From IMG/VR virus record IMGVR_UViG_3300025872_003406, positions 17,584 through 81,583 of that record: a stretch of 64,000 nucleotides of DNA; one strand, given 5' to 3'. Position numbers and translations under genes: made by a program. The number at the start of each line of letters is the position of its first letter. Position 1 is the stretch's first letter. Below the pieces are notes generated by a model, which ran no database searches, was not told where the DNA came from, and saw only the letters and a list, made by a program, of their open reading frames with translations. Source of the stretch: a virus. This document shows positions 1 to 7,330 of this stretch, piece by piece.

Positions 1-273
1 GCTATCACCCACAAAGGTACCTACTCCCCGATCGTCCGCAACAACGGCTGCGAAGTGACCCTCCTCCTGAAGAAGGGCAAGACCACGTTCGAGCAGGTCG
101 TGTCCTACTCCGAGTTCTCCAAGCGCCAGCAGAAGATGCTGGCCCGCAACAAGACCGTCACGGAGTACCGGACGACCAAGAGCTACATGAACCCCACCGG
201 CCCTGACATCCTGGTGGCCGTCGATGCTCCGCTCTCCTGCGATCCCTCCTCCGAGACCTACTGGTCGATGTGA
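1..273 (+). CDS. Hypothetical phage protein, 5'-truncated by the window
   Basis: Frame 1 is open from nt 1 to TGA at 273 with GC3-rich codons. It ends in CDPSSETYWSM, a C-terminal motif I recall from small phage proteins. Confidence 0.65.
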   Translation, partial: AITHKGTYSPIVRNNGCEVTLLLKKGKTTFEQVVSYSEFSKRQQKMLARNKTVTEYRTTKSYMNPTGPDILVAVDAPLSCDPSSETYWSM

Positions 274-298
274 TTCGCAACCTAAGCTCTTCTTTATC

Positions 299-397
299 AT
301 GGACTACCAAAACATACCTGAGAACCTGTCGGATGTCATCCGTGACGCGATGCTGGAGGAAGATTTCAGCCTCGTTGAGGATCAACAACTTACGTAA
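299..397 (+). CDS. Possible small acidic protein (32 aa, MDYQNIPENLSDVIRDAMLEEDFSLVEDQQLT)
   Basis: Read by hand from ATG 299 to TAA 397. It fills the gap between co-oriented genes and is below the ORF-track length cutoff. Confidence 0.35.
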   Translation: MDYQNIPENLSDVIRDAMLEEDFSLVEDQQLT

Positions 398-406
398 TTC
401 TTAGTT

Positions 407-435
407 GTTTACGCTGGCTCGGTTTTTGCTAGAAT
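407..435 (+). promoter_or_regulatory. Early (sigma70/T4 early-type) promoter, probably giving a leaderless mRNA
   Basis: GTTTAC (407-412) matches the T4 early -35 box. TGcTAGAAT (427-435) is an extended -10. The ATG at 442 lies 6 nt after the -10. Confidence 0.6.
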
Positions 436-441
436 AATAGC

Positions 442-873
442 ATGAAAGTCAAGCTCACCCTCGCCCTCCTCGCCACCGCGATCTCGGCCACCGCCGACAC
501 CCCGCGCCTGATCGAGGCTCTGGTCCGAGTCGAGTCCAACGGTAAGGCCAACGCGGTCGGTGACTCCGGCAAGGCCTTCGGCATCCTGCAGATCCATGAG
601 ATCACTGTGAAGGAAGCCAACCGTTTGGCCCAGACGCGCTTCACCCATGCGGACATGATGAATCCTACCAAGTCCCGTGAGGTCGCCACGATCGTCCTGA
701 ACCACTACGCCAAGCACATCCAGAAGACCACCGGACGCGAGGCGTCCGAGCAGGAACTGGCCTACATCTGGAACGGTGGAGCGTCATCCTGGAAGCGCGT
801 GGCGGCTCCTCAGAATGACACCAAACAGAAGAACCTTGAGCGTTACTGGAGCAAGGTTTCCCGAGTTCTCTGA
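442..873 (+). CDS. Lysozyme-like / lytic transglycosylase-fold protein with N-terminal signal peptide
   Basis: Signal peptide MKVKLTLALLATAISATA. Catalytic-type motif ALVRVES, followed by GDSGKAFGILQI and a WNGG motif, typical of SLT and i-type lysozyme folds. Confidence 0.75.
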   Translation: MKVKLTLALLATAISATADTPRLIEALVRVESNGKANAVGDSGKAFGILQIHEITVKEANRLAQTRFTHADMMNPTKSREVATIVLNHYAKHIQKTTGREASEQELAYIWNGGASSWKRVAAPQNDTKQKNLERYWSKVSRVL

Positions 874-881
874 TACCTACC

Positions 882-1118
882 ATGAATGACACACCCCTAA
901 CAGAGGCCAGAGTCGTATTCTTCGGCTACAATCCTGACGAAGGGGACGAGTTCGTTCAGGCAGACTTTGCTCGAGATCTGGAGCGCCAGAACACCGCGCT
1001 GCTGAACGCTATCAAAGACATCGCCTTGCTTACAGCAAACGGTGACGCGGAAAGAGCCAGCTGGGTTGCTCTTGGTATCCTCAATGACCCACGCGCCGCC
1101 ATCGACGCAGCACGATAA
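882..1118 (+). CDS. Hypothetical protein
   Basis: 78-aa ORF closely following the previous gene, with the same codon style. Confidence 0.65.
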   Translation: MNDTPLTEARVVFFGYNPDEGDEFVQADFARDLERQNTALLNAIKDIALLTANGDAERASWVALGILNDPRAAIDAAR

Positions 1119-1137
1119 ACGAGTCGGGCCTGTTTAA

Positions 1138-1245
1138 GTTCGACTAAAACGCATAGGATTTTCTGGCATTAGTAGAAAAACTGCGGTATTACAAAAGATC
1201 AACCATGACGGAACAGAGATAAAATATATTGTTAGTGGAGATTGA
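1138..1245 (+). pseudogene. Possible headless gene fragment at the left edge of the AT-rich block
   Basis: Open stretch VRLKRIGFSGISRKTAVLQKINHDGTEIKYIVSGD* has no start codon and is preceded by TAA (1135-1137). Its stop lies 4 nt before the next ATG, as in an operon. Confidence 0.3.
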
Positions 1246-1249
1246 TACT

Positions 1250-1573
1250 ATGAACCAAACCAAACAAAGAACCGCTATTGCTGAACATCTTGGCTATATT
1301 GATGTGCGTGATTATGTTGAAGATATGGATAATGACTATCTTTCTTTGATGGGAAGAAAGTATAAGAAGGGTCCGCTAATCCGCATTCCAGATTATCTAA
1401 ATGATTTAAATGCTATGCACGAAGCGGAAGAGCATCTATCTACAGAAGAGATTAAGACATATATGGGGCATCTTCTTGATATTATGGGAATATCTGTGTG
1501 GTGCATTACTCATGTTAGTGCCGAACAGAGAGCAGAAGCATTTCTAAAAACTATCGGTAAGTGGAAAGAATAA
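1250..1573 (+). CDS. Hypothetical phage protein (PDYLNDLNAMH family), paralog 1
   Basis: ATG at 1250. Shares IAE, PDYLNDLNAMHxAE and RAEAFLKTIGKW motifs with the next ORF. Confidence 0.75.
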   Translation: MNQTKQRTAIAEHLGYIDVRDYVEDMDNDYLSLMGRKYKKGPLIRIPDYLNDLNAMHEAEEHLSTEEIKTYMGHLLDIMGISVWCITHVSAEQRAEAFLKTIGKWKE

Positions 1574-1577
1574 TACT

Positions 1578-1904
1578 ATGGACAAGAATAAACAAATCAT
1601 TGCTATTGCCGAATATTGCGGATGGCAACAAGTGATGGAACTTCACGGTTACATTAAGGGCATTCGACCCCCCACCCGAGGATGGATAACTGTGCCAGAT
1701 TATCTAAATGATTTAAATGCTATGCATAATGCGGAAAAGCATTTGCTGAACAGAGAGGGTGATGATTGGGGAATATATTGTGATAATCTAATGGACATTA
1801 TTGTGTCGGCGGCAGGGTATAGTGCTGCTGATCTATATTGCCACGCATCCGCAGCAACCAGAGCAGAAGCATTTCTAAAGACCATTGGAAAGTGGGAAGA
1901 ATGA
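1578..1904 (+). CDS. Hypothetical phage protein (PDYLNDLNAMH family), paralog 2
   Basis: Tandem paralog of 1250..1573, sharing a 32-bp identical tract. Confidence 0.75.
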   Translation: MDKNKQIIAIAEYCGWQQVMELHGYIKGIRPPTRGWITVPDYLNDLNAMHNAEKHLLNREGDDWGIYCDNLMDIIVSAAGYSAADLYCHASAATRAEAFLKTIGKWEE

Positions 1905-1935
1905 GATATGGACAAAATCAAACAGATTACTCATT

Positions 1936-2265
1936 ATGAAATCAGACCTTGATGTTCTTGGTTTATCAGACAAAGAAAAAATTGCTTTTCTTGAGCATCG
2001 CCACGAAATGATTATCAAATGGATTGAGCGTGAAAAACAAAGAGCGATTGATGCCAGAAAGCCACTACCAAGCCCGATGGATTTCCAAATGTCAACACCC
2101 GAAGAACAAGAAAAGGAAACTCGTGCAATCATGGAAAGTAATTGGCACCACGATGCTGTTAAAGGTGCATATTCATATCTGTTGACAGCAATCGAAGTTG
2201 GCGATGAACGAATGATTGCGAAACTTTACAAAGAAAAGTTTCCGAATAACGAATACTCGATTTGA
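1936..2265 (+). CDS. Hypothetical protein
   Basis: Part of ORF 1885..2265. The ATG at 1936 avoids overlap with the upstream gene. Confidence 0.6.
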   Translation: MKSDLDVLGLSDKEKIAFLEHRHEMIIKWIEREKQRAIDARKPLPSPMDFQMSTPEEQEKETRAIMESNWHHDAVKGAYSYLLTAIEVGDERMIAKLYKEKFPNNEYSI

Positions 2266-2268
2266 TTT

Positions 2269-2418
2269 ATGCCAAAATACATTGTAGAGTTGTATCTTGA
2301 CGGTTATGACTCCGAAAAAGAAATGGAAGCAGCTTGTGATGAGTTTATCTATGAGCAGCTAAACATGACTGCCAGTTCTGTTAAAGTTACAAAGATTCCA
2401 GATGAGCAAGCATCGTAA
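2269..2418 (+). CDS. Small acidic hypothetical protein (49 aa)
   Basis: Read by hand as MPKYIVELYLDGYDSEKEMEAACDEFIYEQLNMTASSVKVTKIPDEQAS*. Starts 3 nt after the previous stop and fills the gap. Confidence 0.6.
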   Translation: MPKYIVELYLDGYDSEKEMEAACDEFIYEQLNMTASSVKVTKIPDEQAS

Positions 2419-2635
2419 ACTATATAAAATCGAATATCTATTTGAGCATCCAAACTTTCCCAATGGTAGTAAATGGATGGACTTTACCATGTTCACCTGT
2501 ATGCAAAAATCATTTGCTGAAGGAGCTTTTGCTATGTTAAAAGCTCATTATGGCGGTGAGAAGAAATATCGCTTAGTAGATAGTGAAGGTACTATTGTTG
2601 ATCAATGGAACACTGGTAAAATAGTAGTTAATTAA
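2402..2635 (+). CDS. Hypothetical protein
   Basis: 77-aa ORF in a tightly packed co-oriented run. Confidence 0.6.
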   Translation: MSKHRKLYKIEYLFEHPNFPNGSKWMDFTMFTCMQKSFAEGAFAMLKAHYGGEKKYRLVDSEGTIVDQWNTGKIVVN

Positions 2636-2641
2636 CTCAAA

Positions 2642-3364
2642 ATGAACAAATTCCTAAAACTAATTGGCTATCAGCACAACTATGGTGGTAGAGAACCCTC
2701 ATATAAGTTCAAGTGGGGCGAAATTGCTCTATGGTCAAAAGGCATTTCATTTAGATGGAGTGGGCCTCATTATTCTTATGAGCCGAAACTGATTGTCGCT
2801 TTATATTTCATTACTTTCTATATCAACACTCCATCGTTTGGAGTAGAAGCCGCGCAAATGTGTTCCGAAGATGAACGTAATTACGGCTTTTATCTTTTTC
2901 CTAATCTCAATAACTGGGAAACAACAGTTTTTGAGTTTCATAACAAATCAAAGCACATCAACATGCCCTGGACATATAAATGGAAACGCACTGAACTGCT
3001 TGATTGGGATATGAATACAGTGTTGAAGGAAGAAGCGGGAGAAAGAGATTTTGATAAGTGGTATCGCGAAAGTCAGGCTTGGGTAGCAATCAACGCTAAG
3101 ACTTACGACTATTTATATGTTTTAGAGAATGGCGTTATACAATATCGCAAAGCTACTTGTCATATTGAACGTCGCACTTGGACTGTAAGATGGGCTCCTT
3201 GGATCAACAAAGTCAGCACTACATTGGAAGTAAAGTTTGATGATGAAGTCGGTGAACGCAGTGGCTCTTGGAAAGGTGGAACGATTGGCTGCTCTTATGA
3301 AATGCTGCCAAATGAAACCCCTGAACAAACTCTACGCAGAATGGAAAGGGAAAGAGAGTTTTGA
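2642..3364 (+). CDS. Hypothetical Trp-rich phage protein
   Basis: 240-aa ORF with C-terminal motif EVGERSGSWKGGTIGC. Confidence 0.75.
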   Translation: MNKFLKLIGYQHNYGGREPSYKFKWGEIALWSKGISFRWSGPHYSYEPKLIVALYFITFYINTPSFGVEAAQMCSEDERNYGFYLFPNLNNWETTVFEFHNKSKHINMPWTYKWKRTELLDWDMNTVLKEEAGERDFDKWYRESQAWVAINAKTYDYLYVLENGVIQYRKATCHIERRTWTVRWAPWINKVSTTLEVKFDDEVGERSGSWKGGTIGCSYEMLPNETPEQTLRRMEREREF

Positions 3365-3372
3365 TTAAAAAC

Positions 3373-3400
3373 TTGACCTTTAACGGAACTGTACCATAAT
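3373..3400 (+). promoter_or_regulatory. Sigma70-like promoter
   Basis: TTGACC-16 nt-CATAAT in the intergenic gap before ATG 3432. Confidence 0.5.
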
Positions 3401-3431
3401 AATACAATTCATTCGTCTACAGAAACTATTC

Positions 3432-3806
3432 ATGAAATCAAAGTCCGTATTTCTATCAAATCTACACTATTTCTATGCTCAAACGGATGGATCATATGCC
3501 ATTCCGAATAGTGCCGAAGGTGATTTACTAAAAACTGCCAAGAAAGAAATAGAAGAGTTGATGGAAGAAAAGCAGTGGCTACGAGAAACTTTATCCGATG
3601 AGGCCAAAAACTATTTTGATATGGCACAAATCAGATTGCCTGAACTATTGCGAGAAAACGAAAAACTGCGTGAGGCACTAAAAGAAATCAGCACCGAGGC
3701 TCATTGTATTGCCAAAGCAGGTCCATTGAATACACCAACATTACATGATGCTTGGGGTAAGTTTATGGCAATAGACGCTATGGCAACGAAAGCATTATCA
3801 AAATGA
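3432..3806 (+). CDS. Hypothetical coiled-coil protein
   Basis: 124-aa ORF with an ATGA overlap to the next gene. Confidence 0.65.
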   Translation: MKSKSVFLSNLHYFYAQTDGSYAIPNSAEGDLLKTAKKEIEELMEEKQWLRETLSDEAKNYFDMAQIRLPELLRENEKLREALKEISTEAHCIAKAGPLNTPTLHDAWGKFMAIDAMATKALSK

Positions 3807-4129
3807 GCGATACACCACATACTCAAAAAGTACAAGTAGATAATCTTGGCAAGCCTTGGCATTATGCTTATAAAGAGTTGTATAATCACGCCTGTGAACA
3901 AGAAAAGGAGATTAACCAGTTGAAGGCAGATTTCGTAAACATTACTGGGCGTTATATGAAAGAAAACGCTAAACTAAAAACACTATTAAATCAAATACGC
4001 AATGAACCAAAACTTTGGAAATCGGGTCGTGCTGGAAGACAAGACCAGTATGCTGGAATGCCGCCATTTGTTCCTATGATTGACGCTATTATGAAACAGC
4101 ATCTTGACGAAGGAGGTACACCGACATGA
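3803..4129 (+). CDS. Hypothetical protein
   Basis: 108-aa ORF, ATGA-coupled. Its MSDTP start resembles the MNDTP start of 882..1118. Confidence 0.65.
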   Translation: MSDTPHTQKVQVDNLGKPWHYAYKELYNHACEQEKEINQLKADFVNITGRYMKENAKLKTLLNQIRNEPKLWKSGRAGRQDQYAGMPPFVPMIDAIMKQHLDEGGTPT

Positions 4130-4317
4130 GTGTTGAAGGAAAAGAGATCCGTAGCCTTGAGCTCGTTGATTCGAGCGATCCGCGTCTCACGACTACGTGT
4201 AAAACCGCCAAGAAAAGCCACAAAAAACCACAAAGAGCGAAGACTACGAGGATGATCGTCCGAGTATGCTCAAGTGGGTTATGGAAAATCGCTTGAGAAT
4301 AAATAACTCTGCAATTA

Positions 4318-4451
4318 GTTCTTTTCAGTGAGCCTACTTCTAACAAAGTAGACCAAGACTACGTTTCGGCCAATGTCCATACGACTAAGATGGCCTAAAT
4401 ACCATAAAGCATACTTCAAGACACAATTGGAGTAGGCTCACTGAAAAGAAC
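4318..4451. repeat. Perfect 21-bp inverted repeat enclosing 92 nt (candidate structured RNA or cruciform)
   Basis: GTTCTTTTCAGTGAGCCTACT (4318-4338) is the exact reverse complement of AGTAGGCTCACTGAAAAGAAC (4431-4451). Confidence 0.85.
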
Positions 4452-4459
4452 ACTTTTTG

Positions 4460-4488
4460 ATTTACTTCCTGACCGAACACGGTAGGAT
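4460..4488 (+). promoter_or_regulatory. Early-type promoter
   Basis: ATTTAC(T)-16 nt-TAGGAT, with the same geometry as the 407-435 promoter. The ATG at 4496 follows 7 nt later. Confidence 0.5.
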
Positions 4489-4495
4489 CTACACT

Positions 4496-4768
4496 ATGAA
4501 CACGACTGACAAGTATTCCCGAGCCGATCTGCTCGAGGCCCTCCGCAACAACAAGGTTGTTGTGACCTTCACGAAGGTCGATGGTACCGTGCGTGACCTG
4601 TATTGCACGCTGAAGAACGACCTGATCCCGGCCGACAAGGTTCCGAAGAACGAGAAGCCGATCAAGGAGAATGACTCAGTCATCCGAGTCTTCGGCCTCG
4701 ACCAGTCCAATGGATGGCGTTCGTTCCGCGTGGCTTCTGTCACCGGAATGACCATCATCAACGACTAA
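4496..4768 (+). CDS. WYL_2 / Sm-like SH3 beta-barrel protein
   Basis: Motifs VVVTFTKVDGTVRDLYCTL and VFGLDQSNGWRSFRV are characteristic of this small family common in T4-like phages. Start taken at ATG 4496. Confidence 0.75.
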   Translation: MNTTDKYSRADLLEALRNNKVVVTFTKVDGTVRDLYCTLKNDLIPADKVPKNEKPIKENDSVIRVFGLDQSNGWRSFRVASVTGMTIIND

Positions 4769-4772
4769 TCCA

Positions 4773-5993
4773 ATGGCTGTCGAAGACATACTCAAGAACG
4801 CCAAGAAGCGCACCAAGAAGGCCCGCAAGCACATCGGTGGTGTTGATGCCACTGATGAGCGTTACACCGGTCTCGAACCGGTCTGGGACAATTGGTCCTC
4901 GTGGCCCAAGGAAAAGTTCCATGCGGAACGCTCTCGCGCGTTCAATTTCTACAACTACTACCAGGACTCGAAGGCCATGAAGCCTCGTGTGCTCGAGTGG
5001 ATGGAGGCCAACGGCTATTCCAAGGAGGACGTCTCCGCGGTTCGCCGTACGGCTGACTACCTTCCTGGTGTGACCACCGGCACGCTGTGCACCTGCATGC
5101 TCCGTGGCATGCCGGAGAAGCACCCAGAACTCGATTATACGAGCGATCGGGAGTTCGTGGATACCAGCATTCGCAACACAATCTCGATCGGCCGTAGCAT
5201 GGCCCGGGAGGCATCCAAAGGTGACTCTGGAAGCCCTGCAGCACCCTCGGTTTCTCCGATGGAGCTGCTGCGGAACAAGGCCACGCGTACGATCATCCGT
5301 GACCTCGATGAGATGATCGACCTGTGGGTCCTCAAGAAGGACTATGATCCGATCGATATCTATGCCAGGATGCAACACCATGGCCTCTCTGCCATGGCCT
5401 GTGCGACCGTGGAGAACTTCCTGACGCGTCATATGACCGAGATCCAGAAGGCTCTGGATGGTTCGGATCCTTACCTCGTGGAGGTCTACCAGAACGAACC
5501 GAAGCCTGCCCTCAAGAAGAAGGTACAGGCATTCGAGAAGATGCTGGCCGATCTGGAACGCTTCCGTCATGCAGCCAAGGCCACTCGTGCTCCTCGTGAG
5601 AAGAAGCCGATCTCTGCTCAGAAGCAGATCGCTAATCTGAAGTACTGCAAGGAGAACGCCGAGCATAAGATCGCCTCGATCGATCCTCAACGGATCGTCG
5701 GTGCCTACCGCCTCTTGGCCTTCAATGTCAAGTACCGCATGCTGATCGATTACGTGGCCCAGAACGAGAAGGGTCTTTCCATCAAGGGTACCACACTGCA
5801 GAACGTGGATGAGGTCAACACTCGGTCCATCCGCCTGCGCAAACCTGACGAGTTCCTGCCTATCGTACTCGGTAGTACACCAAAGCAGATCAACAAGGCC
5901 TGGGAGAAGCTGACCACCAAGGAAAGCAAACCCAATGCTCGTATCGGATCTGAGGTCGTGCTCCTACGAGTCTTCGAGAGGAGGGACGTCTGA
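4773..5993 (+). CDS. Hypothetical protein of T4-like phages, upstream of gp33
   Basis: 406-aa ORF with strong codon bias. C-terminal IKGTTLQN...LRKPDEFL...PNARI motif. Confidence 0.8.
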   Translation: MAVEDILKNAKKRTKKARKHIGGVDATDERYTGLEPVWDNWSSWPKEKFHAERSRAFNFYNYYQDSKAMKPRVLEWMEANGYSKEDVSAVRRTADYLPGVTTGTLCTCMLRGMPEKHPELDYTSDREFVDTSIRNTISIGRSMAREASKGDSGSPAAPSVSPMELLRNKATRTIIRDLDEMIDLWVLKKDYDPIDIYARMQHHGLSAMACATVENFLTRHMTEIQKALDGSDPYLVEVYQNEPKPALKKKVQAFEKMLADLERFRHAAKATRAPREKKPISAQKQIANLKYCKENAEHKIASIDPQRIVGAYRLLAFNVKYRMLIDYVAQNEKGLSIKGTTLQNVDEVNTRSIRLRKPDEFLPIVLGSTPKQINKAWEKLTTKESKPNARIGSEVVLLRVFERRDV

Positions 5994-6223
5994 TGTTAGA
6001 CAATATCCTGACCAAAGCATCGCTGGCCGAGAAGGTCGAATCTCTCGTCAAATCCGAGAAGATGTCCTACATCGAGGCGGTCATCCATATCTGCAACGAG
6101 ATGGGAGTCGATCCGGCCGACATCGGTAAGCTGATCGCACCCTCCATTAAGTCCAAGATCGAGGCCGAGGGAATGGCCTCCAATCTTCTTCCAAAAACCA
6201 ATACACTGAAAGGGTTCCTATGA
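5993..6223 (+). CDS. gp33: Late-promoter transcription coactivator gp33
   Basis: 76 aa with VESLVKSEKMSYIEAVIHIC...LIAPSIKSKIEAE. Fits the T4 33-59-32 synteny. Confidence 0.85.
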   Translation: MLDNILTKASLAEKVESLVKSEKMSYIEAVIHICNEMGVDPADIGKLIAPSIKSKIEAEGMASNLLPKTNTLKGFL

Positions 6224-6414
6224 GCACAGATCAAACCGTAAACATTAGCGCCAATCCCGATGGTACGCTGGCTGCCAAGCCTGCCAAGATCCCGTTGAAG
6301 TACCGTCCTCGTCGCGGCCGTCATCCTGAGGTGACAGCCGGTGCATTCGGCAACGGCCGCAAGCACAATGGCATCAAGTACCGTCGTAGCTCCCTGATCC
6401 GTCGCTTTCGATGA
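6220..6414 (+). CDS. Small basic hypothetical protein
   Basis: Overlap-coupled on both sides and Arg/Lys-rich. Confidence 0.55.
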   Translation: MSTDQTVNISANPDGTLAAKPAKIPLKYRPRRGRHPEVTAGAFGNGRKHNGIKYRRSSLIRRFR

Positions 6415-6662
6415 TGAAGGTCTACACACTCGATCAGAACGATCTGCAGAGGACCGGTCAAGCGGCCACCACTGCATTTCTGAATACGGCTCTGGCTGAT
6501 AAGGTCATCACTCAGGAGCAATACGATGAACTCTCGAAGTACTGTATGATCTGCCATACCCCAAATGGATTCATTGAGCGGCTGAAAAACGCCATCGGAT
6601 TCAACAAGGAAGAGAATGGGTATGAGAAGATCTACTGGACTGCGCATCAACTCACAAGGTAA
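6411..6662 (+). CDS. Hypothetical protein
   Basis: 83-aa ORF with a TAATG overlap into gp59. Confidence 0.65.
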   Translation: MMKVYTLDQNDLQRTGQAATTAFLNTALADKVITQEQYDELSKYCMICHTPNGFIERLKNAIGFNKEENGYEKIYWTAHQLTR

Positions 6663-7276
6663 TGCAGCCCTGGGAGGCATATCAGATATATACTGCACTG
6701 AAGCTACACTTTGAGTCAGAGTCCTACGACGCCTTAAAGTATAACTTCAGAACTTCTGCTAGCCAGAAGTCGTTCCTTCAAAGACGGGATCGCTTTCACT
6801 TCGCCAAGCTGGCCAGGAAGTATCCCGAACAAAAAACTTTGGTCGAATTCCTGGTTGCCAATTTCTCTAAAAACGGAAAGGGCATCTGGGCTGGAGACCT
6901 ACTCGATAACGAAGGTGAGGAGACGTACCGAGACTGGCTGAAGAAGCGAGACTCGTTCACGTACTTTTTTACTGGAGAAGTCGATAAACTTGCTGACTAT
7001 TGCAGGAGCCATTCGCTCTCGTTCGATCAATTATTTGCTCGGACCGGAGAGGATCATCCTGTGATCGTCAAGCTTTTCGGACAAGGCGAAATCTCAAAGG
7101 AGACGGTCACCGTCCTCGATGAGCTACTCAACTTCCTGAAGCATCAGAACGTAACAGAGACGATCTTCTGGCCAGAATTTGAGAAGTCAGTCCGAAAATA
7201 CCGGCCATTCCTAAGGCAGAGCGTGGATCTCGCAAAGTGCAAGCAAATTGTGCTTTCGAGATTTACATCCGCCTAG
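6662..7276 (+). CDS. gp59: Helicase loader gp59
   Basis: AYQIYTALKLHF...YDALKYN...FLQRRDRFHFAKLARKY...LVANF motifs. Lies directly upstream of gp32. Confidence 0.9.
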   Translation: MQPWEAYQIYTALKLHFESESYDALKYNFRTSASQKSFLQRRDRFHFAKLARKYPEQKTLVEFLVANFSKNGKGIWAGDLLDNEGEETYRDWLKKRDSFTYFFTGEVDKLADYCRSHSLSFDQLFARTGEDHPVIVKLFGQGEISKETVTVLDELLNFLKHQNVTETIFWPEFEKSVRKYRPFLRQSVDLAKCKQIVLSRFTSA

Positions 7277-7282
7277 TGTCAG

Positions 7283-7330
7283 CATACAGTCATACATTGT
7301 TACACATACTAACCATACATCGCACATACT
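7283..7330 (+). promoter_or_regulatory. Gene 32 leader with five CATAC repeats (candidate autogenous translational operator)
   Basis: CATAC at 7283, 7291, 7305, 7314 and 7325. The leader is G-poor and has no Shine-Dalgarno sequence. Confidence 0.55.

Noticed and set aside
1119-1200. GTTCGA suggesting a tRNA T-loop
   Set aside because: I could not build a cloverleaf, acceptor stem or CCA end; only a small hairpin is present.
4126-4296. 56-aa ORF (MSVEGKEIRSLELVDSSDPRL...) ATGA-coupled to the previous gene
   Set aside because: It may be real, but it is short with no recognisable motif, and an overlapping frame looks equally protein-like, so I could not call it.
4758-5690. 310-aa minus-strand ORF
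   Set aside because: It lies antisense to a well-formed 406-aa gene and is a shadow ORF caused by codon bias.
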